Assembly (NCBI GenBank): GCA_963677925.2
Contig: CAXXYH010000003.1
Location: forward strand, 148,142-212,141
Length of the DNA stretch: 64,000 nt
Origin: Spirochaetia bacterium
GTDB taxonomy: Bacteria; Spirochaetota; Spirochaetia; UBA9216
Direction of reading: 5' to 3'
The first letter of the stretch is position 1. Each line of letters opens with the position of its first letter. The translations under genes were made by a program, and so were the position numbers. A model generated the notes under the pieces. That model did not search any database. It was not told the DNA's origin and was given only the letters and a program-made list of their open reading frames with translations. Below, piece after piece: positions 8,633-17,043 of this stretch.

Positions 8633-10696
8633 TTAGATTGTATCCAGATTTGATCTTCTTGGTCTGCCGCGTCTTGTTTTTGTCTTGTCGTTATCAACAA
8701 CACCCTTAGACTTGGCTTTAGTTTTCGGTGCAGCTTTTTTAGCAGGTGCCTTAGGCTTTGTTTTGATAGTAGTATCCGCTAATGCAGGACTGTCATCTGG
8801 TGAATTAAGCATATCAAGATATGATTCACCAAGAGATTTCTGCTTAAGCATATCATCTTCAGAAAGATCCGAAGCAAAACTCATATCAATATCTTCTCTG
8901 ACAGTGGAACGTCTTCTTGAGAAGGCTGCAAATGCTGCATCCTGAAATCCTTTTGAAACACCATGAAGGAACTCATTGAGAACATTTGCCATTCCGTCCA
9001 GAGTAGCCTTCTTTCTCTTGATTGAAGTAATATCAACATCAAGAAGAAGTCCAGGCTGGATATGGTAAGGATTGATAAGATAATCGAATTTATTGAATTC
9101 GGCTTCAAGAAAAGTAAGTCTGTCTTCAAGGACACGTCTCTGAATCGGGTACTTATAACTGTACATATCCTGAAGTTTATCTCTCATAAGAATAAGCTTT
9201 TTCTTAAGTTTATCTTTTTCCAGAACATATGTTCTGTTCATTTTTTCAACTTCAGTTTCAGCTGCGCTTACAAAAGAGATTTCATCCCAGCTCTTTTCGA
9301 TGTCTTCGTAAAGAGGATCACCGGTTTTTGCCTTGATGTTCTTCTTGATTTTATTTTTGTATCTGTCTGATAGGTCTTTAAAATCGACAACGCCTTTAAA
9401 TCTCTTACCGTCAGAGTAAACCATTTCAAGAACGTCCCATACATGTTCAACTTCAACCTCAAAGGATTTTACCTGAACATCATAAGCCTTTCTCTCTTCG
9501 ATTAGCTGAGCATTGTCGTAGTATTTAAGACGAATGTTATATCTTTCATCAGGAAGTATGGCTGCATCAGTATCTTCATACTCTCTGATAACAAGTTCTC
9601 TTGCATTTTTAAGGTTCTCGATATACTGATAACCCATTTTTGAAGTATCAAGAATACTTGTAATTGAATTAACTGCTGTGTTGTAGCCTCTGTTTCTAAT
9701 ATTCTCAATATCCATGATTTTTTTAAGATTTTCACGGATGTTCAGAGGATCGAACTCATTAGGATCAATCTCAGCTCTAAGCCCTTCAACCTTCTCCATA
9801 ATGTTCTTGGCTATGTATTTATACCTGTTTGATTTTGCATTGTTTACTTCATCAGCGGTATGATTTTCTACACGGCCCATCTTCTGAAAGATGATTTCAC
9901 TGTCGTTAAGCTCTTCAAGTCCCTTATCGAGTCTTTCATCCTTAAGATTCTCAATTTCCTTGTCAATTGCGTCAATAATCTGCTTTGAAACAAGGTCTTT
10001 GATAAGATACTCAACTGTAGCCTGATAGTGAAAAATTGGACTTATCAGCTCAGAATCAAGAATATTAACTGAAAGCTTTACATTACATACAGTCTTTGGT
10101 TTCTCGATACTGTCCTTGAAAGAACATTTAACTACTGAATAAGCATTCTCGCCTCTTATGAAAGCACCAACATCGGTTTTCTGTCTAAGGAGTGAGTTGG
10201 TAAGGTTTTCAAGATCATTCATACCTCTCTGTATATGCCCCTGAAGGTGACCATACATATTAACAATTGATTTCTCAATTTCACCGGTATTGAATCTGTC
10301 CATACCGCCTACTTCTTCAAGCAGCGCTGCTATTTCTTTGGGTGTGTACCTGGTAAGTACTTTCATTTCTTCTTTATCAATGAAGTTTCTTACCTTTTTA
10401 ACCATTTCATCTTCAGTTGTAACTATGTAACGGTTGAACATATTCTGGTAGTTCTGGTTGAAATAGTTATAAACTTTCTCTTTTAAGCCACCCATGACAT
10501 CCAGTTTAGAAAGGACATCTTCCGGTAATTTGGCATTGATATGGTTAACGACTTTATCTACTTCTTCTTCGAGCAGTCTTTCTACTTCTGCCTGCTGGTC
10601 CCTGCTTTCCTGAGCGAGAGAGTTCCTGGAGCCCACCGCACTCCTCTTTTCAGGATGGAATACCATTGGACTTTTAGGTAGATCTATGCTTCCCAT
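8633..10696 (-). CDS. cfpA: Large coiled-coil-rich cytoplasmic protein, candidate cytoplasmic filament protein CfpA; C-terminal KAP-rich tail plus AT-hook
   Basis: 687 aa, and CfpA is about 79 kDa / about 680 aa. SD is AAGGAGAGTAAA-ATG. Position matches my recollection of T. pallidum: ppdK, small hypothetical, cfpA, then a vWA gene. The assignment rests on size, composition and synteny, not on a recognised motif. Tail reads [30 protein letters not shown]. Confidence 0.6.
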   Translation of the reverse strand: MGSIDLPKSPMVFHPEKRSAVGSRNSLAQESRDQQAEVERLLEEEVDKVVNHINAKLPEDVLSKLDVMGGLKEKVYNYFNQNYQNMFNRYIVTTEDEMVKKVRNFIDKEEMKVLTRYTPKEIAALLEEVGGMDRFNTGEIEKSIVNMYGHLQGHIQRGMNDLENLTNSLLRQKTDVGAFIRGENAYSVVKCSFKDSIEKPKTVCNVKLSVNILDSELISPIFHYQATVEYLIKDLVSKQIIDAIDKEIENLKDERLDKGLEELNDSEIIFQKMGRVENHTADEVNNAKSNRYKYIAKNIMEKVEGLRAEIDPNEFDPLNIRENLKKIMDIENIRNRGYNTAVNSITSILDTSKMGYQYIENLKNARELVIREYEDTDAAILPDERYNIRLKYYDNAQLIEERKAYDVQVKSFEVEVEHVWDVLEMVYSDGKRFKGVVDFKDLSDRYKNKIKKNIKAKTGDPLYEDIEKSWDEISFVSAAETEVEKMNRTYVLEKDKLKKKLILMRDKLQDMYSYKYPIQRRVLEDRLTFLEAEFNKFDYLINPYHIQPGLLLDVDITSIKRKKATLDGMANVLNEFLHGVSKGFQDAAFAAFSRRRSTVREDIDMSFASDLSEDDMLKQKSLGESYLDMLNSPDDSPALADTTIKTKPKAPAKKAAPKTKAKSKGVVDNDKTKTRRGRPRRSNLDTI

Positions 10697-10762
10697 TTTA
10701 CTCTCCTTAATTCTCTTATATCTATACAGATTATCAATAAGATTACTGATATGTAAAGTACG

Positions 10763-10776
10763 TTTTTTTTTTTTTT
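10763..10776. repeat. Homopolymeric T14 (A14 on minus strand) in divergent promoter region
   Basis: Counted directly: cg-TTTTTTTTTTTTTT-aataag. It is 67 nt from the cfpA-like ATG and 68 nt from the vWA ATG. Confidence 0.95.
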
Positions 10777-10843
10777 AATAAGTTTTAATGCTTTTTTATA
10801 AAAAAACAACATGTTACTATAAAGCCGAAGGGTAAATGTTATT

Positions 10844-12007
10844 ATGAAAAAAAATTACACGTTCTTTATGGTTTTATTAGTATTTTCAGTACTCTCTACC
10901 TCTCTTTACGCTGATAAAAGGACTGAAAATATTGATATGTTTCTTGTAGTCGATAAAAGCAAGTCGATGGTTGAAGAAATTGAAGATGTCAGTACTTATA
11001 TTATAGAAAATTTCATTGATAATTTTCTTATTGAGGGTGACCATTTAACTGTAATAGAATTCTATGGCAAAGCTGATGTTGTTTTCAATAAAACACTTAC
11101 TTTTCAGGGAATTGAACAGATATCAGATGAGCTGCTGAACCTGAAAGCCGACGGACGGTTTACAGATATAGGAAATGCTCTGGACAGACTTGGAAGTTCA
11201 CTTTCGGCATATAATTCAGAAAACAGCCGGCAATATCTTATTTTATTGACAGACGGAAAGCAGGAGGCTCCGGAGAATAGTCCATATTATTCTCCGGACG
11301 GCTCTTTTAATCACAACTTTCTGGAAAATACAAAGACTATCCAGAAAAAAGGCTGGAAAATCATTCTTCTTGGTGTCGGCAACGAATCCGCTGTTGAGGA
11401 ACTTTCAAAAGAGCTGTTAACAACATACGAAGAAATTGATTTCAGCAGCAATGTCACCGAACTCTCTCCTGCAGATGAGACTCTTGGACGTATTCTTTCA
11501 TCAGGATTTTATATACAGGATGACACAATCAATATAAGTCTTAAAAGCGACGGCTACAGTACTGAACGTACTGTGATCATCAGCAGAATACTGTATCAGG
11601 AACAGGGAATTAATTACGAGCTACTCGCTGAACCCTTTGAAGTTAAAATTCCTTCAGAAACTGCAGTTGAGGTAAAAATTCCGTTTAAATTATCAGGTGA
11701 ACTTACTCCCGGAATGCATTCGGGCTCCTTTCTTTTCAACTTTTCGGGCGATACACCATTTATACCTGCCGTATTTGATTACCAGATTGAAGTTGAAAAC
11801 GGTAGAATTATGACGGAAAGCAGTGAAATTGTTAAAAATAATTCTGCAGAGGGAAGCAAAACTTCATCAAAATTTCTTATAATTATAGTAATTCTGGCAG
11901 TTATTGCTGCGGCAGTTGCTGCATTTATAATTATTAGAAATTATATCATCAGGGCTTCAGCTGAAAAGGATGAAAAACGAAATAATGAGATTTCAGGCAA
12001 TAATTGA
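10844..12007 (+). CDS. Exported von Willebrand factor type A (vWA) domain protein with C-terminal TM anchor
   Basis: Signal peptide MKKNYTFFMVLLVFSVLSTSLYA. MIDAS motif DMFLVVDKSKSM, plus TDIGNAL and LILLTDGKQE. C-terminal hydrophobic helix FLIIIVILAVIAAAVAAFIII. Confidence 0.85.
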   Translation: MKKNYTFFMVLLVFSVLSTSLYADKRTENIDMFLVVDKSKSMVEEIEDVSTYIIENFIDNFLIEGDHLTVIEFYGKADVVFNKTLTFQGIEQISDELLNLKADGRFTDIGNALDRLGSSLSAYNSENSRQYLILLTDGKQEAPENSPYYSPDGSFNHNFLENTKTIQKKGWKIILLGVGNESAVEELSKELLTTYEEIDFSSNVTELSPADETLGRILSSGFYIQDDTINISLKSDGYSTERTVIISRILYQEQGINYELLAEPFEVKIPSETAVEVKIPFKLSGELTPGMHSGSFLFNFSGDTPFIPAVFDYQIEVENGRIMTESSEIVKNNSAEGSKTSSKFLIIIVILAVIAAAVAAFIIIRNYIIRASAEKDEKRNNEISGNN

Positions 12008-12962
12008 TTTTATCAACAGCAACAGCAAATTCATACTCACAGCTCATGAAACTCCTGATGGAGATGCTATCGGAAGTGAAATTGCTGCCAGCCATGCTCT
12101 CAGATCTTTAGGTAAACAGACAATCATTTTTAATGCCGATCCCATGGGGGAAAAATACCGTTTTCTCGACACAGATGATGAGGTTCAGCTGCTGAACAGT
12201 GAAGCCGTTCTCCCTGAAGATATTAAAGACTGGGTTCTTATTATTCTCGACACAAACGATATCAATAATATCGGTGCTGTAAAAGATCGTATACTTACAA
12301 AGGTTAAGGATTTTTTTATTTTCGATCATCATGAGGGCGGTGATTCTGTTTTGTCTGCCAATCATATCGAAAATGAAGCATCTTCCACATGTGAGATGCT
12401 CTTCGAACTTTTTGAAGCGATGAACCTTACACTCACCCTTGCGATGGCACAGGCTCTTTATCTTGGAATTGTTTATGACACCGGTTCATTCATTTATCCT
12501 AAAACTACAGCAAAAACATTTTCCATTGCCGAAAAATGTGTAAGTCTGGGAGTCAACCCCAACTTTATTTATTCAAAATTATATGAAAGCAATTCGATTT
12601 CTTCTTTGATGCTTCAGTCAAGAGTATTATCAACATTAGAGTTTTTTTATGATCATAATGTTGCAATTCAAACTATGCTTAAAGATGACATTATAAAAAG
12701 CGGAGCTATGTATGAAGAAGCCGATTCCCTGATAAACCTTCCTCTAAAAAGTGAAGCTATCAAAGTTTCAATATTTTTCAAGGAAAACCTGGAGGGTATT
12801 CTAAGATGTTCGCTTCGTTCAAAGGGAAATATTGATGTAGCTTTTATTGCCCAGGTTTTCGGTGGAGGCGGTCATAAAACGGCCGCCGGTTTTAAGAGTA
12901 AATTCCCACTTGAAGAGATACGCAAAAAAGTGTTAGAAATGCTTAGAAAATACTTCGTGTGA
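11970..12962 (+). CDS. DHH/DHHA1 phosphoesterase (NrnA-like oligoribonuclease / pAp phosphatase)
   Basis: Motifs HETPDGDAIGS, ILDTND, FDHHEG and GGGGHKTAAG. Overlaps the vWA gene by 38 nt, or by 23 nt if it starts at the second ATG at 11985. Confidence 0.85.
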   Translation: MKNEIMRFQAIIDFINSNSKFILTAHETPDGDAIGSEIAASHALRSLGKQTIIFNADPMGEKYRFLDTDDEVQLLNSEAVLPEDIKDWVLIILDTNDINNIGAVKDRILTKVKDFFIFDHHEGGDSVLSANHIENEASSTCEMLFELFEAMNLTLTLAMAQALYLGIVYDTGSFIYPKTTAKTFSIAEKCVSLGVNPNFIYSKLYESNSISSLMLQSRVLSTLEFFYDHNVAIQTMLKDDIIKSGAMYEEADSLINLPLKSEAIKVSIFFKENLEGILRCSLRSKGNIDVAFIAQVFGGGGHKTAAGFKSKFPLEEIRKKVLEMLRKYFV

Positions 12963-12966
12963 ATCT

Positions 12967-14508
12967 ATGATAAAGAAAAATATACTGTTTTTTATAGTTA
13001 TAATGCTTTTAAGCAATTTATATTCCTGTAACAGAGCTTCCGAGGTTTACGAAAGACCCGAAAGTGTTACTCAGCTGACGCCTGCTCCGGATGAAGATAG
13101 TATTTCAGATGATGAAAAATATGAAGACAGCTTCAGTATTCAGGAAACAAAGCCAAATATTGTTATCAGAAGCGATGAAACTGTTTTAAGTACTATTAAC
13201 CTGAATCTTGATCTTGATACTTCGGATGAACAGATTATTGTATTGAAGAACAGACAGAATCCGGCTCTTGAAATTTATATTGCTGTAGCAGATTATGATA
13301 ATGTTAAAGGAGATTATGTCCGGGTCTGGGAAGGTACTACATCCGCAACAAGCGGAAGATCCTTCAGTGTTTATCTTGAGGATTTAGTCGGCGATCATTC
13401 AAATCAGATCGTATGTTCAGGTAGGGATTCTGAAGGCAATACGACGCTTGATGTATTCTGGAGAAATAATGAGAGCAGCGGCAGCGGACTTAATTATTCT
13501 TCCATTTTCAGCCTGAAGCAGCCGGGAGCAATTGAGATTATTCCTGTCAAACGCAGTATGGCCTACGAATCCGGGCAGAAAGACGGCGTAAGCTATACGA
13601 TTTCTGCGTCCACTGAAAAATCAGGCAATGACGGAAAAATCAGTCTCATTCAGTCTATTTATTTCTGGGATTTCCCTCTGAAAAAATTTATCAAACTTAA
13701 AGAGGAAGAGCTAGAGTACACAACTATTGAAGAAAAACAGCTTGCTGATATTTACAGCGGGCCGGAAGAAAATTTCTATGCTTATATTAACGGACCATGG
13801 TTTACGGAAAATTCAACTTCCTGGAATAATAATATTATTGTACTTATGGATCCTAAGGCTGAGACTATTACTTTTTACAGCGATAGAATTCAGGAAAATT
13901 TTAAGTGGACTAATTCATATAAAGTCTTAAGTAATCTTCTGTATATACGTGCTCAGAATGAAATAATAAATTATATAGAAATTGAAGTTTATGTGCGTAT
14001 TGTCAATCTTGATGAGATACGCCTGACTGTCAAGGATATTGACAATCAGACAAGAGTTATTTCCCCTAATGATGTCTGGACTGATAACTACTACCGTATG
14101 GGTGAACGTGAGAAATTCGATACAATCAAAACTCTAAGAAAGGCTTCAGAAGCAATAGAATTACCGGAGCTGAATGGACAGTATATCAGTGATGCCGGAG
14201 ATATCATTGAATTCTACGGCACATCCTTCCATATGAAAAACAGCTTTGAAGAAATCTCAGGCGGTTATGCAGTATACTCAGCCGATACCCCTGTTTTAAG
14301 TTTGAAAATTGTTGATGATTCAGGCATTGAAATTGATACAAGAGCATTTTCAATTGATTTTTCGGAAGAAAATAAAAACAGAATTATCGAGCGGACGCTT
14401 GTGATGGTGCCCGGAGAGTTAAGTATATATGGTTTCAAACCTTCTGATACCGAATATTACAGGTTTACACAGACTGAAACTCTGGATATGTCATCAGAGA
14501 ATGAATAA
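12967..14508 (+). CDS. Lipoprotein, unknown function (513 aa)
   Basis: Signal peptide with a lipobox-like LSNLYS-C, followed by an acidic low-complexity linker. Confidence 0.7.
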   Translation: MIKKNILFFIVIMLLSNLYSCNRASEVYERPESVTQLTPAPDEDSISDDEKYEDSFSIQETKPNIVIRSDETVLSTINLNLDLDTSDEQIIVLKNRQNPALEIYIAVADYDNVKGDYVRVWEGTTSATSGRSFSVYLEDLVGDHSNQIVCSGRDSEGNTTLDVFWRNNESSGSGLNYSSIFSLKQPGAIEIIPVKRSMAYESGQKDGVSYTISASTEKSGNDGKISLIQSIYFWDFPLKKFIKLKEEELEYTTIEEKQLADIYSGPEENFYAYINGPWFTENSTSWNNNIIVLMDPKAETITFYSDRIQENFKWTNSYKVLSNLLYIRAQNEIINYIEIEVYVRIVNLDEIRLTVKDIDNQTRVISPNDVWTDNYYRMGEREKFDTIKTLRKASEAIELPELNGQYISDAGDIIEFYGTSFHMKNSFEEISGGYAVYSADTPVLSLKIVDDSGIEIDTRAFSIDFSEENKNRIIERTLVMVPGELSIYGFKPSDTEYYRFTQTETLDMSSENE

Positions 14509-15471
14509 TCAGTATATTGGATAAGCCTCGTACCCGTTTTCTTTTAATTTAATCACCATATCCTGAAGTTCTTCTGCAGGAATAGCCGGCATGAGTACTA
14601 CATGGTATATCTTGCTGTTTACTGTTTTTTCAGACAATTTCACCTGGAATCCCTCAGCAAGCAGTTTTTTAAGCAGTTCATCAGCATTCTTCTCTACCCC
14701 GAATGAACCGAGCTGAATTGAAATTGTATTCTCATCATCAACAGCAGATTCGGTTTCAGATTCAATTATTTCTACTTTATTCTCAGCCTGATCTGAAACA
14801 GTAACAAATTCCTGTTCAGGATTTATTCTAAAAAAACCGAGAAGCCGTTCAGGACTAGGAAAATCTGTAAATTGAACAAGTTCGGCTATATTATTAATTT
14901 TATCCATATTTCTGCTGATTATTCCATTAATCTTATTAAGGCTGCTATCTGCAGCCTTGGAGAGCTCATCAAGCCAGAAAACTGCTTCAAGCGGGATGTC
15001 GTCTCTGGAGAATACATCCTCTATCATATCTACAGATTCTTGATCTTCTCCTCTCAGAAAATAAACTCTTGATAACAATGTTCTGCATTTTTGAGAGAGA
15101 TTCAGATCTTCAGTGAAATTCATGATGATTTTCAGCTGTGATTCAGATTTATGGTAATCGGCTATTTCGGCATTTAATACTGCACTTTTATAAAGCGATT
15201 CATAGTCTTTATTTCCACTGACGGCAAGAGAAGCCTGCTCAAAATACCCGGCGGCCTTTGATAGATTTCCAGAGCTTTCGCTGATATATCCTGCTTCCAG
15301 ATATTTTTGGTACAGTTCAGTTTCACTGATATTGGCACTGTTCTCGAAAAGACCGGAAAGAACTTCATCAGCCTTAGATTCACTTACTTTAATAATATCC
15401 TGGGCATGAACATTGAATAAAGCTGTTAGAAAAAAAACAAACAGCAGAAGTGATTTATAATTCTTTTTCAA
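14509..15471 (-). CDS. Exported TPR-like / SPOR-domain (septal peptidoglycan-binding) protein
   Basis: C-terminal SPOR-like domain: ISIQLGSFGVEKNADELLKKLLAEGFQVKL..YHVVLMPAIP..LKENGYEAYPIY. I prefer the in-frame TTG at 15471, which gives the signal peptide MKKNYKSLLLFVFFLTALFNVHA|Q. The track start at 15516 adds 15 non-signal residues. Confidence 0.8.
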   Translation of the reverse strand: MKKNYKSLLLFVFFLTALFNVHAQDIIKVSESKADEVLSGLFENSANISETELYQKYLEAGYISESSGNLSKAAGYFEQASLAVSGNKDYESLYKSAVLNAEIADYHKSESQLKIIMNFTEDLNLSQKCRTLLSRVYFLRGEDQESVDMIEDVFSRDDIPLEAVFWLDELSKAADSSLNKINGIISRNMDKINNIAELVQFTDFPSPERLLGFFRINPEQEFVTVSDQAENKVEIIESETESAVDDENTISIQLGSFGVEKNADELLKKLLAEGFQVKLSEKTVNSKIYHVVLMPAIPAEELQDMVIKLKENGYEAYPIY

Positions 15472-15745
15472 CAGGATTAACTGGTTCCGGTATAATTTCG
15501 TCATCAATATATTCAACTTTCTTCTTTTTTTTGCTAACTTCTTTTTTGTTCTTCATACTCACATAAAAGGCAAACGGGAGCGTAAATACGGCTCCGGCAA
15601 GAAAAGCAGTGAAAATACTTAAAAAAACAGGTACATCAGTAAATTTCACAAAACCAAGAGATATATCAGACATATTTCCCAGGTTCAGTGCCGAGATAAT
15701 AAGTGCGATACCAAGTCCGACAAGAAAAAACACCAGTTTAAACAT
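15455..15745 (-). CDS. Small membrane protein, LapA-domain (DUF1049)-like
   Basis: 96 aa with two TM helices and then a poly-Lys stretch. SD is GGAGGTTTAATCA-ATG. Its start overlaps the miaB stop (ATGTTTAA). Confidence 0.6.
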   Translation of the reverse strand: MFKLVFFLVGLGIALIISALNLGNMSDISLGFVKFTDVPVFLSIFTAFLAGAVFTLPFAFYVSMKNKKEVSKKKKKVEYIDDEIIPEPVNPVEKEL

Positions 15746-17042
15746 TGATTAAACCTCCGGTATATGTACTTCCTTTTAATCCGCTTATGCTTAAGTTAAC
15801 ATATCTGTTTAATAAGTCAACTCCTCCCGGAAATACAATCATACTATTTTTATCGGTGCGGCCAAGCAGCATCTTGTCATCTTTTTTAGATATCGACTCG
15901 ACTACTGCGGTGGTTTCCTGCCCTATCCTTTTTAATTTAACGTCTGTTGATGTAGTTCTGTGAATTTCAATAATTTCACTTAACCGTTTTGATTTCACAT
16001 CATGAGGTACATCATCAGTCATTTTATAGGCGGCAGTCCCTTCACGCGGATTATAGTAATATGTGAAAGCATCTTCAAAACGCATTTCATTCATAAAATC
16101 TTTCAGCTTATTAAAATCTTCTTCTGTTTCTCCGGGAAAGCCGACCATAATATCAGTGCTCAATGATAAATCTGTAATTTTTGATCGAAGTTTTCTTATT
16201 ATTGTTCGGTATTGCTCTACTGTATATTTTCTGTTCATATTCTTTAGAACATTATCAGAGCCGTGCTGTGCAGGAAGATGAAGATATTTGCAGAGACGGT
16301 CCTCAGAAGCGTACAGCTCAATTAGTTCGTCAGAAAAGTCCTGCGGATTGGAACTGGTAAATCGAAGCCATTTTACATCAGTGTCATTTAGAATACGGCG
16401 AATCAGTGCTGAAAAATTAATTTCAAAACTATCCTTTCTATATCTGAAAGAATTTACATTCTGACCTAACAAGGTTATTTCACTCACTCCTTCTGCGGTC
16501 AGCTGTCTAATTTCTTTAATTATCTCATCATCATTTCTTGATGTCTCACGGCCCCGCACATACGGGACTATACAGTATGAACAGAAGTTATCACATCCGT
16601 TCATCACAGGAACCATTGCATGCGTTGAACTGACCTTACCGTACTTTTCAAAAAAACTGTAATCTTCAGTCAGGTCAGAAGTGCTGTCATCTTCAGTGCC
16701 TGACAGGATTCTGGCGGCTTTGTTTTTATGTTCATTATCAATAACGTCACTGACTACCGGGAATTTCTTCTTAAGTTCGTCTTTCAGCCTTTCGGCCATA
16801 CAGCCGATAATTACGAGTCGGAATTCGTGCTGTTCCGAAAGACTTTTAAAGTATCCCAGACGGCCCCAGATACGGTTTTCAGCCGACTGCCTTACCGAGC
16901 ATGTATTTATAACTATCAGCTGAGCTTCTTTATCATATTCAGCTTCAGTCCATCCGCTGCTTCGCAGTTCGTTTTTTAAAGCTTCGCTTTCGGCTGTATT
17001 CATCTGACAGCCGTATGTCTCAATAAAAAATTTTCGGGACAA
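15738..17042 (-). CDS. miaB: tRNA-2-methylthio-N6-dimethylallyladenosine synthase
   Basis: N-terminal FIETYGCQMN, radical-SAM CDNFCSYCIVPYVRG, and a TRAM-like C-terminus. TTG start at 17042. Confidence 0.92.
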   Translation of the reverse strand: MSRKFFIETYGCQMNTAESEALKNELRSSGWTEAEYDKEAQLIVINTCSVRQSAENRIWGRLGYFKSLSEQHEFRLVIIGCMAERLKDELKKKFPVVSDVIDNEHKNKAARILSGTEDDSTSDLTEDYSFFEKYGKVSSTHAMVPVMNGCDNFCSYCIVPYVRGRETSRNDDEIIKEIRQLTAEGVSEITLLGQNVNSFRYRKDSFEINFSALIRRILNDTDVKWLRFTSSNPQDFSDELIELYASEDRLCKYLHLPAQHGSDNVLKNMNRKYTVEQYRTIIRKLRSKITDLSLSTDIMVGFPGETEEDFNKLKDFMNEMRFEDAFTYYYNPREGTAAYKMTDDVPHDVKSKRLSEIIEIHRTTSTDVKLKRIGQETTAVVESISKKDDKMLLGRTDKNSMIVFPGGVDLLNRYVNLSISGLKGSTYTGGLINV

Positions 17043-17043
17043 G

